61,581 bases of DNA, taken from IMG/VR virus record IMGVR_UViG_3300046368_001160, positions 1 through 61,581 of that record, one strand, 5' to 3'. The notes beneath the pieces were generated by a model. That model was not told the DNA's origin, searched no databases, and saw only the letters and a program-made list of their open reading frames with translations. The position numbers and the translations under genes are program-made. The DNA is from a virus (lineage: Duplodnaviria; Caudoviricetes). Below, one piece after another: positions 29,451-38,838 of this stretch; within the stretch, counting starts at the first letter, position 1; each line of letters begins with the position of its first letter.

Positions 29451-30817
29451 TATCCTATGTATAAAAAGTTTGGAACTTTTCTTAGATTTTCTTGTAAATT
29501 ATCCGCAACTTGATTTAGTTGCTCACTTGTTGTACTACGACTTGTAACTTCTAAATCTTCCCGTAATTCGGTTATCAACTGCTCTTTTTCATTTTGTGCT
29601 TCTGCTCTTAGTTCAGAACCATCTAATGAAGTTTCACCTCCAGGAATTGGAATACTTTGATATTTTGCACGAATTGCTCCAAGTAGTTCTTTGCACAAAG
29701 ATAAATAATATTTCATTATCCATCGTTTTCCTACATCATTTATTGAACCAAAGTTGTGAAACTCATATGGAGCATTGCTAACATCCGTTACACTTGAGTC
29801 ACATCCACCCGAAGATGTCTTATGTGCATCTTCCGTATGACAACTTCCATCGTCCAAACCCTGTCTCGTTTCGGTTGAAACCACTTGTTGTGTAGTTGAT
29901 TCGTCAATTTGAGTTTGTGTTTTTGGTATAGTATTGAATTCATCGGCATCCACATAACCTTGAACAGCTGCTAAATCTCGTTCTCGTTTATACACATAAT
30001 CAAACCACAATGTAAAATCCTTCTGTGGAACGGGTAAAATAGTTAATTTATTATTGATTACCTCAAATCCATACGCACTTCTTCTTACTTGTTCATTAAA
30101 TTCAATTGCTTGCAATCGCATTAAATCTTCGTTTACAGGTCTTAATAAAAATTGAGTACCAAGTGGAGACATTCCGTTCCAATTGAATTCACTTAATAAA
30201 TTTGAATGACTCATACCAGAATTAGACATTGGATCGTATATTTTATTCATAGCAGGAGGTGGATGATGCCAAATTCTTTTAACTTCAATTCGTTCTATTT
30301 TCTTTTCACCTGTTTTTGGACAAATATAATATTGATTAAATAAACCTTGTAAATCGTATGTTTGTACACCCGATTTTACTTTAAGACTTGCCTTTCTCCA
30401 ATCAACATTACCACCAGTACCTACCTCTGCTCCGTATGCTTCAGATAGTTTTAAATAAAATGGTAAAGGTTGAGTTTGCATAACCGAAGTTGTTAAATTC
30501 ACACTTGTGGTAGTTCCTTTCAAACTATATAAATTTTGTTTAATTGAAAATTGATTTACTTGTGAACTATATTCAGTAATTGCTTCTTCAAAACAAGCAT
30601 AAAACTGTATATCGATCATTTCTACATCAACAATTGGATGACCTAGTCGTTTAGCTGCCCAATCAGCTGCTCTTGGAGCAAATCCAACAAACGACTGATC
30701 ATTGTCAAAAAAACCAAACGGAGTTTTTCCGATGGGTGAACTTAATGTTCCATCCCACCTAACTCGTTCTAATTCTACACTTTGTTCTGCGTTCTCTTCG
30801 TTATTCTCTTCGTTCAT
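29450..30817 (-). CDS. neck / head-tail adaptor protein (gp13-like)
   Basis: KTPFGFFD...RLGHPIVDVEM...YYLSLCKELLGAIRAKYQSIPIPGGETSLDG; directly downstream of MCP. Confidence 0.8.
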   Translation of the reverse strand: MNEENNEENAEQSVELERVRWDGTLSSPIGKTPFGFFDNDQSFVGFAPRAADWAAKRLGHPIVDVEMIDIQFYACFEEAITEYSSQVNQFSIKQNLYSLKGTTTSVNLTTSVMQTQPLPFYLKLSEAYGAEVGTGGNVDWRKASLKVKSGVQTYDLQGLFNQYYICPKTGEKKIERIEVKRIWHHPPPAMNKIYDPMSNSGMSHSNLLSEFNWNGMSPLGTQFLLRPVNEDLMRLQAIEFNEQVRRSAYGFEVINNKLTILPVPQKDFTLWFDYVYKRERDLAAVQGYVDADEFNTIPKTQTQIDESTTQQVVSTETRQGLDDGSCHTEDAHKTSSGGCDSSVTDVSNAPYEFHNFGSINDVGKRWIMKYYLSLCKELLGAIRAKYQSIPIPGGETSLDGSELRAEAQNEKEQLITELREDLEVTSRSTTSEQLNQVADNLQENLRKVPNFLYIG

Positions 30818-30821
30818 GTCT

Positions 30822-30829
30822 ATAAATAT
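30822..30829 (-). promoter_or_regulatory. ATATTTAT putative late promoter (neck)
   Basis: 4 nt before ATG 30817, just past the MCP terminator. Confidence 0.6.
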
Positions 30830-30854
30830 ACATTACTTATAGTAATCGTTATAA

Positions 30855-30884
30855 ATAAAAGAGGGGTTCAAACGAACCCCTCTT
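30855..30884 (-). terminator. intrinsic terminator after major capsid gene
   Basis: minus strand AAGAGGGGTTC-GTTT-GAACCCCTCTT followed by TTATTT. Confidence 0.85.
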
Positions 30885-30909
30885 AAATTTTGTGTTATTC
30901 CAAACAGAA

Positions 30910-32421
30910 TTATAAATCTTCTGTACCTGATACAGAGATTTTTCCGTAGAATTCTGGACGAACCATCTTCTTGGCATAACGGGTCATTACACCACGACGT
31001 GGAGTAAAGTTGACCGGATCGTATACCAAAGGAGTTTGGATCAACGGAATGTACGGAGCATATACTGCACCTGTTTCGAGGAAGTTTGTTCCACGGAATC
31101 CGATAAGAACGTCACCACTTGTCATGTATGGGTTCTTGTAGACTTGGAAACGATTGTTCAATGCACCAACCTTGGTAACACCCATTGCGAACTGAGACTG
31201 ATTTCCGTCTGTGTCAGCTGCGTATCCTGGGATACTTTCAAGAACGGTAGCAACTTGTGGAGAACAAACCAAGAAGTTTGCACCACCACGAAGAGTCAAT
31301 TGATGAATTGTGTTACTCACCTTTTGAATCTTTGTACCGAGACGTTGGAAATATGTTCCTTGTGTGTCTCCGTCTCCACCAAAACTTGCTGGTGTTGCAT
31401 CGAAGTCACCTCCGTCTGTATGTGCGTTAACGATAAGCATATCGAGAATTTCCAAATCAATTTCCATTGAAACGTACTCGGAAAGAAGAGAAGTCAATTC
31501 TGCTTCTGCGTCAATACTATGATATGCGTTAAGGTCTTGTGCCAACTCTGGTGTCCAAACTGCTTTCAACTTACGTGTCTTTGCAACGATTGGTTCACTT
31601 TTGAGTTCCAAGTTAACTTCTGGAATACCGATGTCTTTTTGAAGACCTGTGTCAGCTGCGTCAGAGTCACCAAGTTTATCTTCAAAGTCACCACGGTTTT
31701 CCGCAACAGTTTGAACATGGTAAGCAATGTCTGCACTTGTAGCAGATTCATCGTCTGCAACTTTAAGTTCAAGATTTACTGAACCATCAGCATTTGTTGA
31801 ACCACCTGTAACGATTCCCACGGTTGATTGGAAAGCACGAACACCTTCTCCATCAGCACTAAGGCCTTTTGCAAGAACAGCGGTTGCCGTTCCAACATCA
31901 TCACCTGTACCAAGTGTAAGTGTTACACCTGTTGCAAGTTGGTCATTGATTGAGTAACCATGACGTCCTGCTCCGTATAAACCACCTTCTGCTTTGTCGG
32001 TTGAACCGAGTTTTGCAGCTGATGATCCACCGAACAAACTTGCTCTTCCACTTGTACCTTGAAGTGATTGGTCTGTTCCATACTTAAAATCTAAGTAGAA
32101 GATCAATCCGGATGGAAGATTCATTGGTTGAACCGAAACAAATTCCTTTGATGCGATTTCTGCGAACACACGACGTACCAAAGGAAGTGCTACTCCACTC
32201 CATTCTTCGTTACCTCCACCTGTACCGGTGCGTGTTGATTCATCGATCAACTGCTTTGCTTGATTTTCTAAAAGAATGGACATACCACTCTTTTCGGTAT
32301 CAGTTGTGATACCTTCTAAAAGTCCAGTTTTTTCCCACTTAGAGACAAGACCACGAGTTTCCTGCATGAGTCTAGCCTGAGGATTCTGACTTTCACTTAA
32401 CAATTTACTAATTTCGCTCAT
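30910..32421 (-). CDS. gp23: major capsid protein (T4 gp23-like)
   Basis: LPLVRRVF...VSVQPMNLPSGLIFYLDF...AKTRKLKAVWTPELAQDLNAYHSIDAEAEL...YAPYIPL...GVMTRYA. Confidence 0.97.
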   Translation of the reverse strand: MSEISKLLSESQNPQARLMQETRGLVSKWEKTGLLEGITTDTEKSGMSILLENQAKQLIDESTRTGTGGGNEEWSGVALPLVRRVFAEIASKEFVSVQPMNLPSGLIFYLDFKYGTDQSLQGTSGRASLFGGSSAAKLGSTDKAEGGLYGAGRHGYSINDQLATGVTLTLGTGDDVGTATAVLAKGLSADGEGVRAFQSTVGIVTGGSTNADGSVNLELKVADDESATSADIAYHVQTVAENRGDFEDKLGDSDAADTGLQKDIGIPEVNLELKSEPIVAKTRKLKAVWTPELAQDLNAYHSIDAEAELTSLLSEYVSMEIDLEILDMLIVNAHTDGGDFDATPASFGGDGDTQGTYFQRLGTKIQKVSNTIHQLTLRGGANFLVCSPQVATVLESIPGYAADTDGNQSQFAMGVTKVGALNNRFQVYKNPYMTSGDVLIGFRGTNFLETGAVYAPYIPLIQTPLVYDPVNFTPRRGVMTRYAKKMVRPEFYGKISVSGTEDL

Positions 32422-32457
32422 TGTATATTTTTCCTATTTTAATTTTGTGATTATTGA

Positions 32458-33783
32458 TCAAACAATTCCTGCAAGTTTCTTAAAACGATTTGCGAGTTGA
32501 TCGCCTTCCGTCAAAATCTTCTTTGATGGTTTTGTTGATTTGATTGCTTTAGATGCCATTCCTTCTGACAATGACTTTTTAACTGCCTTTGGTGCTTTTG
32601 GAGTTGCCTCTTCTTTTACCTTCGGTTGTGCTTTTGTATCAGTTGTGCGAAAGGATTCACCCAATGTTGCGTAAACGAGTTTTGCTTCACGAACATTCTT
32701 CGTGAGGTCAAAACTTTCTACTACTTTTAGTTTTTGATCTTCATTTAATGCGTGTGCTTTAAACAACTTGTTTGTATAAAGCAATTTAGCATTTAAAAGA
32801 TTAACTTCATTCAACTTACCACGCAAATATTTGTAGACCTTGCGGTATTCTTCGTTTTCTTTTTGAAGCTTATTGTTTGTTGCCTTTATTTCCTCAAGTT
32901 CCGAGTCTGCTTCTTCGTCTTCCAAAGATGATTCATCTTCGAGTTCTTTAAGAATTTCTTCCAAGTTGATTTCTTCATCGTCTTCACCGATGTCACCACC
33001 TTGATTGCAGTCTTCTTCATTTGTTGGGAACGCAAGTTCTTCATCAGATTCAGTTGCAGTTGGTTCATCAGATTCATCACCAGCAGCTGCTTCTTCATCA
33101 ACGATTTCAATATCAATTTCTTCGTCAATGTCTGCTACCTTTGGCATTTCGTCATCTTCATTTCCTACTTCTGAACTTTGAACTTCAGTATCATCGGTAA
33201 GTTCTTCATCATCACTATCAGCAATGTTTACGTGTTCTTCACCTTTAATACCTAATTCGGATGAATCAGATTGTTCTTCAACAGATTCAACATCCTCTTC
33301 TTCGGATTCTTCTTCACCTTCTTCTTCTTCGGTTGTCAACTCACTCTCAAGTTCAGCGATAATAGAATCCAAGTCAAAAGAATCTTCTTCAAGATCTTCT
33401 TCGTCTTCTACTTCATCTTCTACTTCAGGTGCTTCGTCAGCAACTTCATCTTCAGCAGGTGCTTCTTCAGCATCTACGTCAGCAACTTCTTCATCAGATT
33501 CTTCGTCATCTTCAAGGTATGAACCTTCTTCGACTTCATCTTCAGCAGATGGCTCTTCAATTTCTGCGTCATCTTCAGAGTATGAACCCTCTTCAACTTC
33601 GTCAGAAACTTCAACTTCATCTTCTACACCATCTAACTCTGCCTCTTCCTCACGGAGTTTCTTGGTAAGCATACTTTGCAGTCTAGGTGCAAATGCTTCT
33701 TCAAGAGCAAGACGAGCGTTAGCAAGTGCAGTTTCACGAACTGCTTTCGCATCAGCAATAGCTTCTTTTAATAATTTACTCAT
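32458..33783 (-). CDS. prohead core scaffold protein (gp22-like)
   Basis: MSKLLKEAIADAKAVRETALANA, extremely acidic middle, LNEVNLLNAKLLYTNKLF, C-terminal RFKKLAGI; immediately upstream of MCP. Confidence 0.85.
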   Translation of the reverse strand: MSKLLKEAIADAKAVRETALANARLALEEAFAPRLQSMLTKKLREEEAELDGVEDEVEVSDEVEEGSYSEDDAEIEEPSAEDEVEEGSYLEDDEESDEEVADVDAEEAPAEDEVADEAPEVEDEVEDEEDLEEDSFDLDSIIAELESELTTEEEEGEEESEEEDVESVEEQSDSSELGIKGEEHVNIADSDDEELTDDTEVQSSEVGNEDDEMPKVADIDEEIDIEIVDEEAAAGDESDEPTATESDEELAFPTNEEDCNQGGDIGEDDEEINLEEILKELEDESSLEDEEADSELEEIKATNNKLQKENEEYRKVYKYLRGKLNEVNLLNAKLLYTNKLFKAHALNEDQKLKVVESFDLTKNVREAKLVYATLGESFRTTDTKAQPKVKEEATPKAPKAVKKSLSEGMASKAIKSTKPSKKILTEGDQLANRFKKLAGIV

Positions 33784-33880
33784 GTGTTTTAATTTCCTAT
33801 TTTTTCTAAAGTCATTGTGGACCTTAATGTAATCTTGAAACCTTTAATTGTTTCCAATAAATGTGGAAGCATTTTGATAG

Positions 33881-33888
33881 ATAAATAT
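33881..33888 (-). promoter_or_regulatory. ATATTTAT putative late promoter (scaffold-MCP)
   Basis: between terminator 33929-33959 and scaffold ATG 33783. Confidence 0.55.
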
Positions 33889-33928
33889 ATACTTAAATAC
33901 AAAAATATTAAAAAAGTGAAATTATTAT

Positions 33929-33959
33929 AAAAAAAAAGAGTGGAAAACCACTCTTTTTT
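33929..33959 (-). terminator. intrinsic terminator
   Basis: AAAAAGAGTGG-aaaa-CCACTCTTTTT inverted repeat with A/T tails. Confidence 0.8.
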
Positions 33960-33986
33960 AAGTTTTTTTAAATTATTTTAAAAATA

Positions 33987-34652
33987 TTAAAGAACTTTAC
34001 GATTTCCTAAAATTCTATCTAACTTTTCAGATAATGTTATTTTTGACCAGTTTTCACGAACTTTATAGGTTTTACCACCCACTTCAAATTCAGTTTCACC
34101 TGATTCTTTTGCTTTTGCTACTGCGTCTCCGAATGCGTTACCTTCTTCTACATCTTCATCATCTTCATCGCAAGTTTCACACACCCCTTCTTCAAGTTCT
34201 TCTTCGTCTTCACCTGTAAATTCTTCGGTGTCTTCTACTTCTTCTGTAACTTTTTCTTTGAGTTGGTATGTTTTTCCACCTACTTGAAATTCGGAATCAC
34301 CATTATCACGTGCAGCTTTTACCGCTGCTCCAAACGCATTTCCTTCTTCAATTGATTCTTCCACATCTTCTTTTTCTTCTTCGTCAGATGAATCGTCTGA
34401 ATTTCCTTGCTTCTTTAAAATTGCTTTTTTAAGAGGTTCTGGAAGTTTTTCTTGTGCAGCGGTTAAACCTTCTTCTACGTCTTCTTTTTCTTCTTCGTCA
34501 GATGAATCATCAGAATTTCCTTGCTTCTTTAAAATTGCTTTTTTAAGAGGTTCTGGAAGTTTTTCTTGTGCAGCGGTTAAGCCTTCAAATAGTCCCATTT
34601 CATCTGCGACTTCTTGGATAATTTCTCTGAGTTCTGATTTTGTTATTTTCAT
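33987..34652 (-). CDS. acidic repeat-containing prohead core/internal head protein
   Basis: start MKITKSELREIIQE at 34652 with AAGGA RBS; two 38-aa repeats and two EGNAFG.AV..A...G..EF.VGGKTY repeats. Confidence 0.65.
   Translation of the reverse strand: MKITKSELREIIQEVADEMGLFEGLTAAQEKLPEPLKKAILKKQGNSDDSSDEEEKEDVEEGLTAAQEKLPEPLKKAILKKQGNSDDSSDEEEKEDVEESIEEGNAFGAAVKAARDNGDSEFQVGGKTYQLKEKVTEEVEDTEEFTGEDEEELEEGVCETCDEDDEDVEEGNAFGDAVAKAKESGETEFEVGGKTYKVRENWSKITLSEKLDRILGNRKVL
34357..34586. repeat. 114-bp tandem duplication
   Basis: tcgtcagatgaatc begins at 34381 and 34495; encodes EGLTAAQEKLPEPLKKAILKKQGNSDDSSDEEEKEDVE twice. Confidence 0.9.
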
Positions 34653-34665
34653 TTTATTAAGTTCC

Positions 34666-35397
34666 TTATAAAAACATTTGGTGTCCTGATTGTATTCTTT
34701 GCATATTTTCAAATGCACTACCCGTTGAAAATGACTTTTTGCCACATTCAGTTTTAGGTTCTATTTCTTCGTTCGTTGTGGTGTTTCGGTTTTTAAAAAA
34801 TCGGTTTGATATTAATTGAATTGCATATTTGTGTTCAGATTCTGTTAACTCGATTGATTCTTCGACAAATACTTCACATGATTGCTTAATCAAATATTCA
34901 AACAAACGTGTAAATTGAGTTTTATCATACAATCTTTCATTTACCTGAGTTTCTATCTGCTCAAAAACTAAATTAGTTTTTTCTTCACAAAAAGATTCGT
35001 TTGTGAAAATGAAGTCGACTAAATTTTCAATGTTGCTCACATCTACTTCGGCCAAAACTTGATCGTTTGTTCCACATATTCTAGCAAGTTGCTCACGTGC
35101 AGACATAGAAGTTTCCATCAGTTCACCATAAAATTCAGGATTTGGTTGAAATTCATACGAAGTCATTTCGTCTAAATAATGACCACCGAAGTAAGAATCT
35201 TCAGACACGGTAAACTTTAAATTATTAGCCGAAGCAAATTCATTAACATCTTCAACTGTTCCTTCACATACACTTTCACGTTTTATGCCACTAAAACTTA
35301 TTGTCTTTTTCAGCAACTTACCTTCTACGGTTGGTTTCGTGTTAAGTTTTTCAAGTAAAACTTTTCTAACGAATGTTTTAAGTTTATTGCGGTTCAT
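34666..35397 (-). CDS. hypothetical head-cluster protein
   Basis: 243 aa; N-terminus KLKTFVRKVLLE resembles neighbours; AGGAGA RBS. Confidence 0.6.
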   Translation of the reverse strand: MNRNKLKTFVRKVLLEKLNTKPTVEGKLLKKTISFSGIKRESVCEGTVEDVNEFASANNLKFTVSEDSYFGGHYLDEMTSYEFQPNPEFYGELMETSMSAREQLARICGTNDQVLAEVDVSNIENLVDFIFTNESFCEEKTNLVFEQIETQVNERLYDKTQFTRLFEYLIKQSCEVFVEESIELTESEHKYAIQLISNRFFKNRNTTTNEEIEPKTECGKKSFSTGSAFENMQRIQSGHQMFL

Positions 35398-35848
35398 TTG
35401 TGTCTTCTCCTTTTATTTCAAAATATCTATTAAGAATGTTACCCATATCTTCGTAAAGACTTTGCATTCGTTGTGTATAAACTTGTCGTTCTTTTGCAGT
35501 CTTGTAAAAATCTTTCGCAAGTGTTTTAACTTCCTTTAAGTTTCGTTTAACACTAATTCCATCAAACCAATCATCGGTTTCATTTAAAATACATTGTGAT
35601 GCATTCTCTATAATATTGCATATATCCTCGGCAACATCCATATCTTTTGCTTCAAGTGCTATAAACCTCTGATACTTTCCAAACTTTGATATTTTTTCAG
35701 ATGCTATTTTTTTCTGTTCAGTGGAAAGGCCTTCATCTGAAAATTTATCTGTATTGGGATCGTATTCTTTAAGTAATTCTTTTTCTTCTTTCAATACCTC
35801 AAGAATAACTTCTTTAATTAACTTTTTTGTATTTGCAGAGTTACTCAT
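35384..35848 (-). CDS. conserved head-cluster hypothetical protein
   Basis: 154 aa; ETDDWFDGISVKRNLKE...LYEDMGNILNRYFEI; ATGA overlap with protease. Confidence 0.7.
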   Translation of the reverse strand: MSNSANTKKLIKEVILEVLKEEKELLKEYDPNTDKFSDEGLSTEQKKIASEKISKFGKYQRFIALEAKDMDVAEDICNIIENASQCILNETDDWFDGISVKRNLKEVKTLAKDFYKTAKERQVYTQRMQSLYEDMGNILNRYFEIKGEDTNEPQ

Positions 35849-36477
35849 TTTGAATCTCCTATTTCTCCTAAAATTTCGTGTATAATACCTTCCATTTTAC
35901 AATACTTTGTACACACACGACCACTTGTCACAACTTTGGGATCAGTTGAAACTGATTCATTTAAATTTACAGGTTCGAGAAATGCACCACGTGTAGATGG
36001 ATTACTTACAAAATCAAATGCTACCAATTCAAAGTCATCATTGACAAGAGTTTTACCTTCATGTTCACGGGTTGTTCCCATTCCACGTGAACTTATACCA
36101 AGTGTTATACCAGATTTAAATAGCTCTTTTAAAATGTTTCCCGATGGTGTACCGAGTACCTCAACTTTTCCAAGTAAACTCTCACCTTCCCACCACATCT
36201 TAGTAACATTGTGACTTACATTTTGTAAGTTGACTACACTGCTCTCGGGATGGTCAAGTTCTCCTAATGCACGTCTGTCGTTTATCAATTCATTATACTT
36301 AGTTGCTTCTCTTTCAAGAAGTGATCGTTCATACACACGACCATTTTGATTTTGCTCAGATGCTTTTTGAAGAATACCCTGAACGATAAGTTTTCCTGAG
36401 TTTTGTTCAATGCTTTCACTGATCTGCTCAGGTGTGAATTCAAACGGCATTGTAGTAACTAATAATTTCTTTCCCAT
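35845..36477 (-). CDS. gp21: prohead protease (T4 gp21-like)
   Basis: NQNGRVY, GELDHP (His), LGISSRGMG (Ser), FDFVSNPST. Confidence 0.93.
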   Translation of the reverse strand: MGKKLLVTTMPFEFTPEQISESIEQNSGKLIVQGILQKASEQNQNGRVYERSLLEREATKYNELINDRRALGELDHPESSVVNLQNVSHNVTKMWWEGESLLGKVEVLGTPSGNILKELFKSGITLGISSRGMGTTREHEGKTLVNDDFELVAFDFVSNPSTRGAFLEPVNLNESVSTDPKVVTSGRVCTKYCKMEGIIHEILGEIGDSK

Positions 36478-36530
36478 GTTATTAAATAAGTATATACATA
36501 TTTTTTATTTATTTGAGTTTTTCTAATGAA

Positions 36531-37424
36531 TTATTTTATCAGTGTTTCGTATTCTTTTTTTAAAATTCTATCAGAATGTCTGATTAAACTCTTGAAAGTA
36601 TCCACCACTTCTTTTAGATCATAGTCATCACCAAGTTCAAAATTATACAGATCAGACTTTAAATAAAAGTTTTGATCAAACTCAATAGTAAATTTTCTCG
36701 AATCCGTTTCAACTACAAATCCTACACCAGTTCCTTCTACATTGTCAAAATTTTCTTCAGCAAGCAAAATGCTCATGTGGTTTAATGTGTCATAATATTC
36801 ATCGGTTGGAACTTTTTCAGGTAAGTCTGTGTGATTAGTTTTTGCGATTTTCTTAGAATCTTTATCAGACATACCATTTGCAATTTTCTTTATTTTGGAA
36901 AACAAATCTGCATCTACATCACTTTTTTTAAGTTCACCTTTGTTATATGCGTGTACCATTCCAAATAATCTTTGTTGTGATTTTGATTTTGCTTCTTCGT
37001 TTACTTCTTCATCTTCATCCTCTTCTTCGTCATTAGGTTCTTCGTTGGGTTCTGACTTGTCGGATGTTGATGGTTGTTTTTCTGTTGAAGATTTTGCAGT
37101 TGCAGAATCGTCAGAGGTAGTGGGTTCTGTTTCATCTGATTTTGTTATAGGACCTGTCTTTTTCAGTTCTAACTCATCTGGTTCCATTGTATCTTTAAAA
37201 CTACCGATATCATCAATTCCAAGTTCTATCATTGATACTGCTATCTTAGACTTTTTAATAAGGCCAACTATACTAGACCAGTGATCAGACGGAAGTTTCT
37301 TACCTTCAGTAGATTTTGATAGATTTTTTGCTGATACAGCAAATCTTTTAATAGCGATTTTGAAATCATCTAATGCAGGATCATTTTCTCCTTTATCTTC
37401 TAAATCGTCAAAGTCAATATTCAT
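36531..37424 (-). CDS. hypothetical protein with DUF3008-like segment
   Basis: internal EAKSKSQQRLFGMVHAYNKGEL...IAKTNHTDLPEKV resembles DUF3008 (recognised by eye). Confidence 0.55.
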   Translation of the reverse strand: MNIDFDDLEDKGENDPALDDFKIAIKRFAVSAKNLSKSTEGKKLPSDHWSSIVGLIKKSKIAVSMIELGIDDIGSFKDTMEPDELELKKTGPITKSDETEPTTSDDSATAKSSTEKQPSTSDKSEPNEEPNDEEEDEDEEVNEEAKSKSQQRLFGMVHAYNKGELKKSDVDADLFSKIKKIANGMSDKDSKKIAKTNHTDLPEKVPTDEYYDTLNHMSILLAEENFDNVEGTGVGFVVETDSRKFTIEFDQNFYLKSDLYNFELGDDYDLKEVVDTFKSLIRHSDRILKKEYETLIK

Positions 37425-37425
37425 A

Positions 37426-37908
37426 CTACTTTAGTTCTTTAAGTTTACGATTTATTCTTTGTATCTTTTCGTCTAATTTAAGAAGATACTTGCTTGTAGT
37501 TTTCCAATATGACCGACTTGATATACTATTTTCTGTTTTAAACTTAGTTGCTATATTTAAAAATTTATCCACTTCCGTCAAATTTTTATTGATCTGACGC
37601 ATGGTTACACCTATTTTTTGCTTCGGTGTCAAGTCTGGATGATCACGAAATAAATGATACAAACTACGACCTTCGTTTAATTTAACGGTGTTACTTTTTT
37701 GATTTTCAGTTGATTTATAGTCAAATACCTCTGCTTTATCCTTTATGCTTTTTTTGTGGTCATCTTCACTGTTTCCACTGAAAGCATGAGGTGTTTGGAA
37801 ACCTTCGATATTACCGGTTGTGTTTATTTCAGATAATTCTTCTTCCGAAACAAGTTCTTCGAGTAAACTACGAATGATCTTTTTTAATTTACTTCTTTGG
37901 TTGCTCAT
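37426..37908 (-). CDS. hypothetical head-cluster protein
   Basis: MSNQRSKLKKIIRSLLEE...EINTTGNIEGFQTPHAF; ORF track starts at 37917. Confidence 0.65.
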   Translation of the reverse strand: MSNQRSKLKKIIRSLLEELVSEEELSEINTTGNIEGFQTPHAFSGNSEDDHKKSIKDKAEVFDYKSTENQKSNTVKLNEGRSLYHLFRDHPDLTPKQKIGVTMRQINKNLTEVDKFLNIATKFKTENSISSRSYWKTTSKYLLKLDEKIQRINRKLKELK

Positions 37909-38755
37909 TCTTTTCAAGTTCCTTTATCAATTCATATGACATTAATACGGCAGAAACTTGTGAATCTTTAACAACCCTTCCCTCTTTGACTTTGTTGAGT
38001 TGTGAAGTAACTTCATTGAGTTTAATCTTTACAACATCATCGTCAATATTACTACTTAACTTTTCAATTTTGCTTTTAATGATAGGAAGTTGTTCATTAA
38101 TATATTCTCTTAAACTATTTGTATTAGAGATGTTATTTATGTAGTTTTTAAGTAATAACTTTTGATCTTCGTTAAGTTCACTATACTTTTCATTAAATCT
38201 ATCTACGAGGAGTTTATACGAAATGAGTCTCAAATCTTCATTATGCTGGACATAACTTTCTAACTGATTTAACTCATTGCTTACTACCTTATCTTTACAC
38301 AAACCACCGACTATCGTATTTTTGGATTCAACTAATTCTCTTGGATCACAAAAAACATCAGTCTTACTTCCTTCAAACAATTTATATATACTTGCGTAAG
38401 TTTTGTAGTTTCTGATTTTTGAACGAAAGAAGTCATCAATAGGATATACATCCTTCATCTCTTTAACGAGTTCATATCTAAGTCTTGATAAAACTCGGTT
38501 ATCTAGTTTTTTGTGCTCACTAACTACAGCGTCAACTAATTTATATGCAGAACCTTCGGATTTTGTAGTTTCTTCCATAAGCACTTGATACAAACGTTGT
38601 TCTTTTCCAAGGTCAGTATCTTCTGCAAAATATTTTTTTACAAGTTTATTGGCAGACGACTCATTACTATCGAGTATATCAGCCGTTATTTGTCTGATTA
38701 ATAATTCAAACAAAATTCCTGTATTTTTGAATTTGCTGTGTTTTAATTTTTTCAC
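37889..38755 (-). CDS. conserved phage protein downstream of portal
   Basis: KHSKFKNTGILFELLIRQITAD...FNEKYSELNEDQKLLLKNYI; GTG start; two ATATTTAT copies upstream. Confidence 0.75.
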   Translation of the reverse strand: MKKLKHSKFKNTGILFELLIRQITADILDSNESSANKLVKKYFAEDTDLGKEQRLYQVLMEETTKSEGSAYKLVDAVVSEHKKLDNRVLSRLRYELVKEMKDVYPIDDFFRSKIRNYKTYASIYKLFEGSKTDVFCDPRELVESKNTIVGGLCKDKVVSNELNQLESYVQHNEDLRLISYKLLVDRFNEKYSELNEDQKLLLKNYINNISNTNSLREYINEQLPIIKSKIEKLSSNIDDDVVKIKLNEVTSQLNKVKEGRVVKDSQVSAVLMSYELIKELEKNEQPKK

Positions 38756-38838
38756 GTGAAAATTTTATCTAGATAAATGTATACAAACATAAATATGAAT
38801 ATAAATATAATTATTGTTTATTTTCTTAAAATATTTAA

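Noticed and set aside
34653-34745. Extended N-termini from the ORF track (also 1774-1812, 20122-20148, 21520-21543, 24643-24669, 52986-53003)
   Set aside because: They overlap upstream genes, promoters or terminators; downstream ATGs have better RBS or promoter spacing
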